IMG/VR virus record: IMGVR_UViG_3300030677_000019
Coordinates: 1-25,881 of that record
Strand: one strand, 5' to 3'
Source of the DNA: a virus
Taxonomy: Duplodnaviria; Caudoviricetes
DNA length: 25,881 nt
A program made the translations under genes and the position numbers. A model generated the notes under the pieces. That model saw only the letters and a program-made list of their open reading frames with translations, was not told the origin of the DNA and did not search any database. Each line of letters begins with the position of its first letter. Position 1 is the first letter of the stretch. Shown piece by piece: positions 25,720 through 25,881 of this stretch.

Positions 25720-25880
25720 GCGGCGGCTCGCTTGGCTTGTTCGCCGGCTGTGGTGAGCTTGCAATCGCCGTCCGGGGTGAACCACCAGAGTTTGTACCAG
25801 TTGCCCTTGACGGCGTTGCGGTAGTGAGCTCGCCAATTGATCTTGCGGGTCTTGCGGTCACGCATGTCATCGCGGAATCG
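25716..25880 (-). CDS. C-terminus of probable phage replication initiator (partial)
   Basis: Not in the ORF track. Hand translation RFRDDMRDRKTRKINWRAHYRNAVKGNWYKLWWFTPDGDCKLTTAGEQAKRAAA* has its stop overlapping the dnaB start. The W...NAV..NW.KLW...LTT.G motif and position fit initiator genes. Confidence 0.55.
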   Translation of the reverse strand, partial: RFRDDMRDRKTRKINWRAHYRNAVKGNWYKLWWFTPDGDCKLTTAGEQAKRAAA

Positions 25881-25881
25881 G

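Noticed and set aside
25720-25836. Longer starts from the ORF track for dnaB (also for rusA, capsid, the 149-aa gene and the 863-aa gene)
   Set aside because: The extensions overlap upstream genes or regulatory DNA. Internal starts with stop-start overlaps or an RBS fit better.
1-25881. CRISPR array, tRNA, integrase/att site, diversity-generating retroelement, intron/intein, or stop-codon reassignment
   Set aside because: I saw no spaced direct repeats, cloverleaf, recombinase or reverse-transcriptase motifs. TerL and DnaB are of normal length, and genes tile fully under the standard code. Lifestyle (temperate or lytic) cannot be decided from this window.

Overview
This window is a continuous, GC-rich segment of a tailed dsDNA phage or prophage genome. 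Essentially all credible genes lie on the minus strand, and many are translationally coupled through ATGA, TGATG or TAATG overlaps. In transcription order (right to left): the C-terminus of a probable replication initiator, a DnaB-type helicase, a RusA-type resolvase, several small ORFs, terminase small and large subunits, portal, a small inserted gene, scaffold, major capsid protein, two small virion genes, head-tail adaptor, a nozzle apparently split over two genes, a GNAT-like gene, an ejection-protein cassette (with a cupin-like gene and two giant polyvalent-type proteins, one carrying an ADP-ribosyltransferase-like domain), and the start of a tail fibre. No tape measure, tail tube or sheath gene lies between head and fibre genes, so a podovirus morphology is inferred. 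No integrase, lysis gene, tRNA or CRISPR array is visible. The most interesting elements are (i) a terminator, sigma70 promoter and highly structured ~140-nt RNA leader before the capsid gene, (ii) an injected polyvalent protein with an ART-like and an HExxE module, (iii) a possible counter-defence gene between portal and scaffold, and (iv) adaptor and nozzle proteins decorated with Ig-like and carbohydrate-binding domains. All family assignments come from recalled motifs and synteny, not from database searches.
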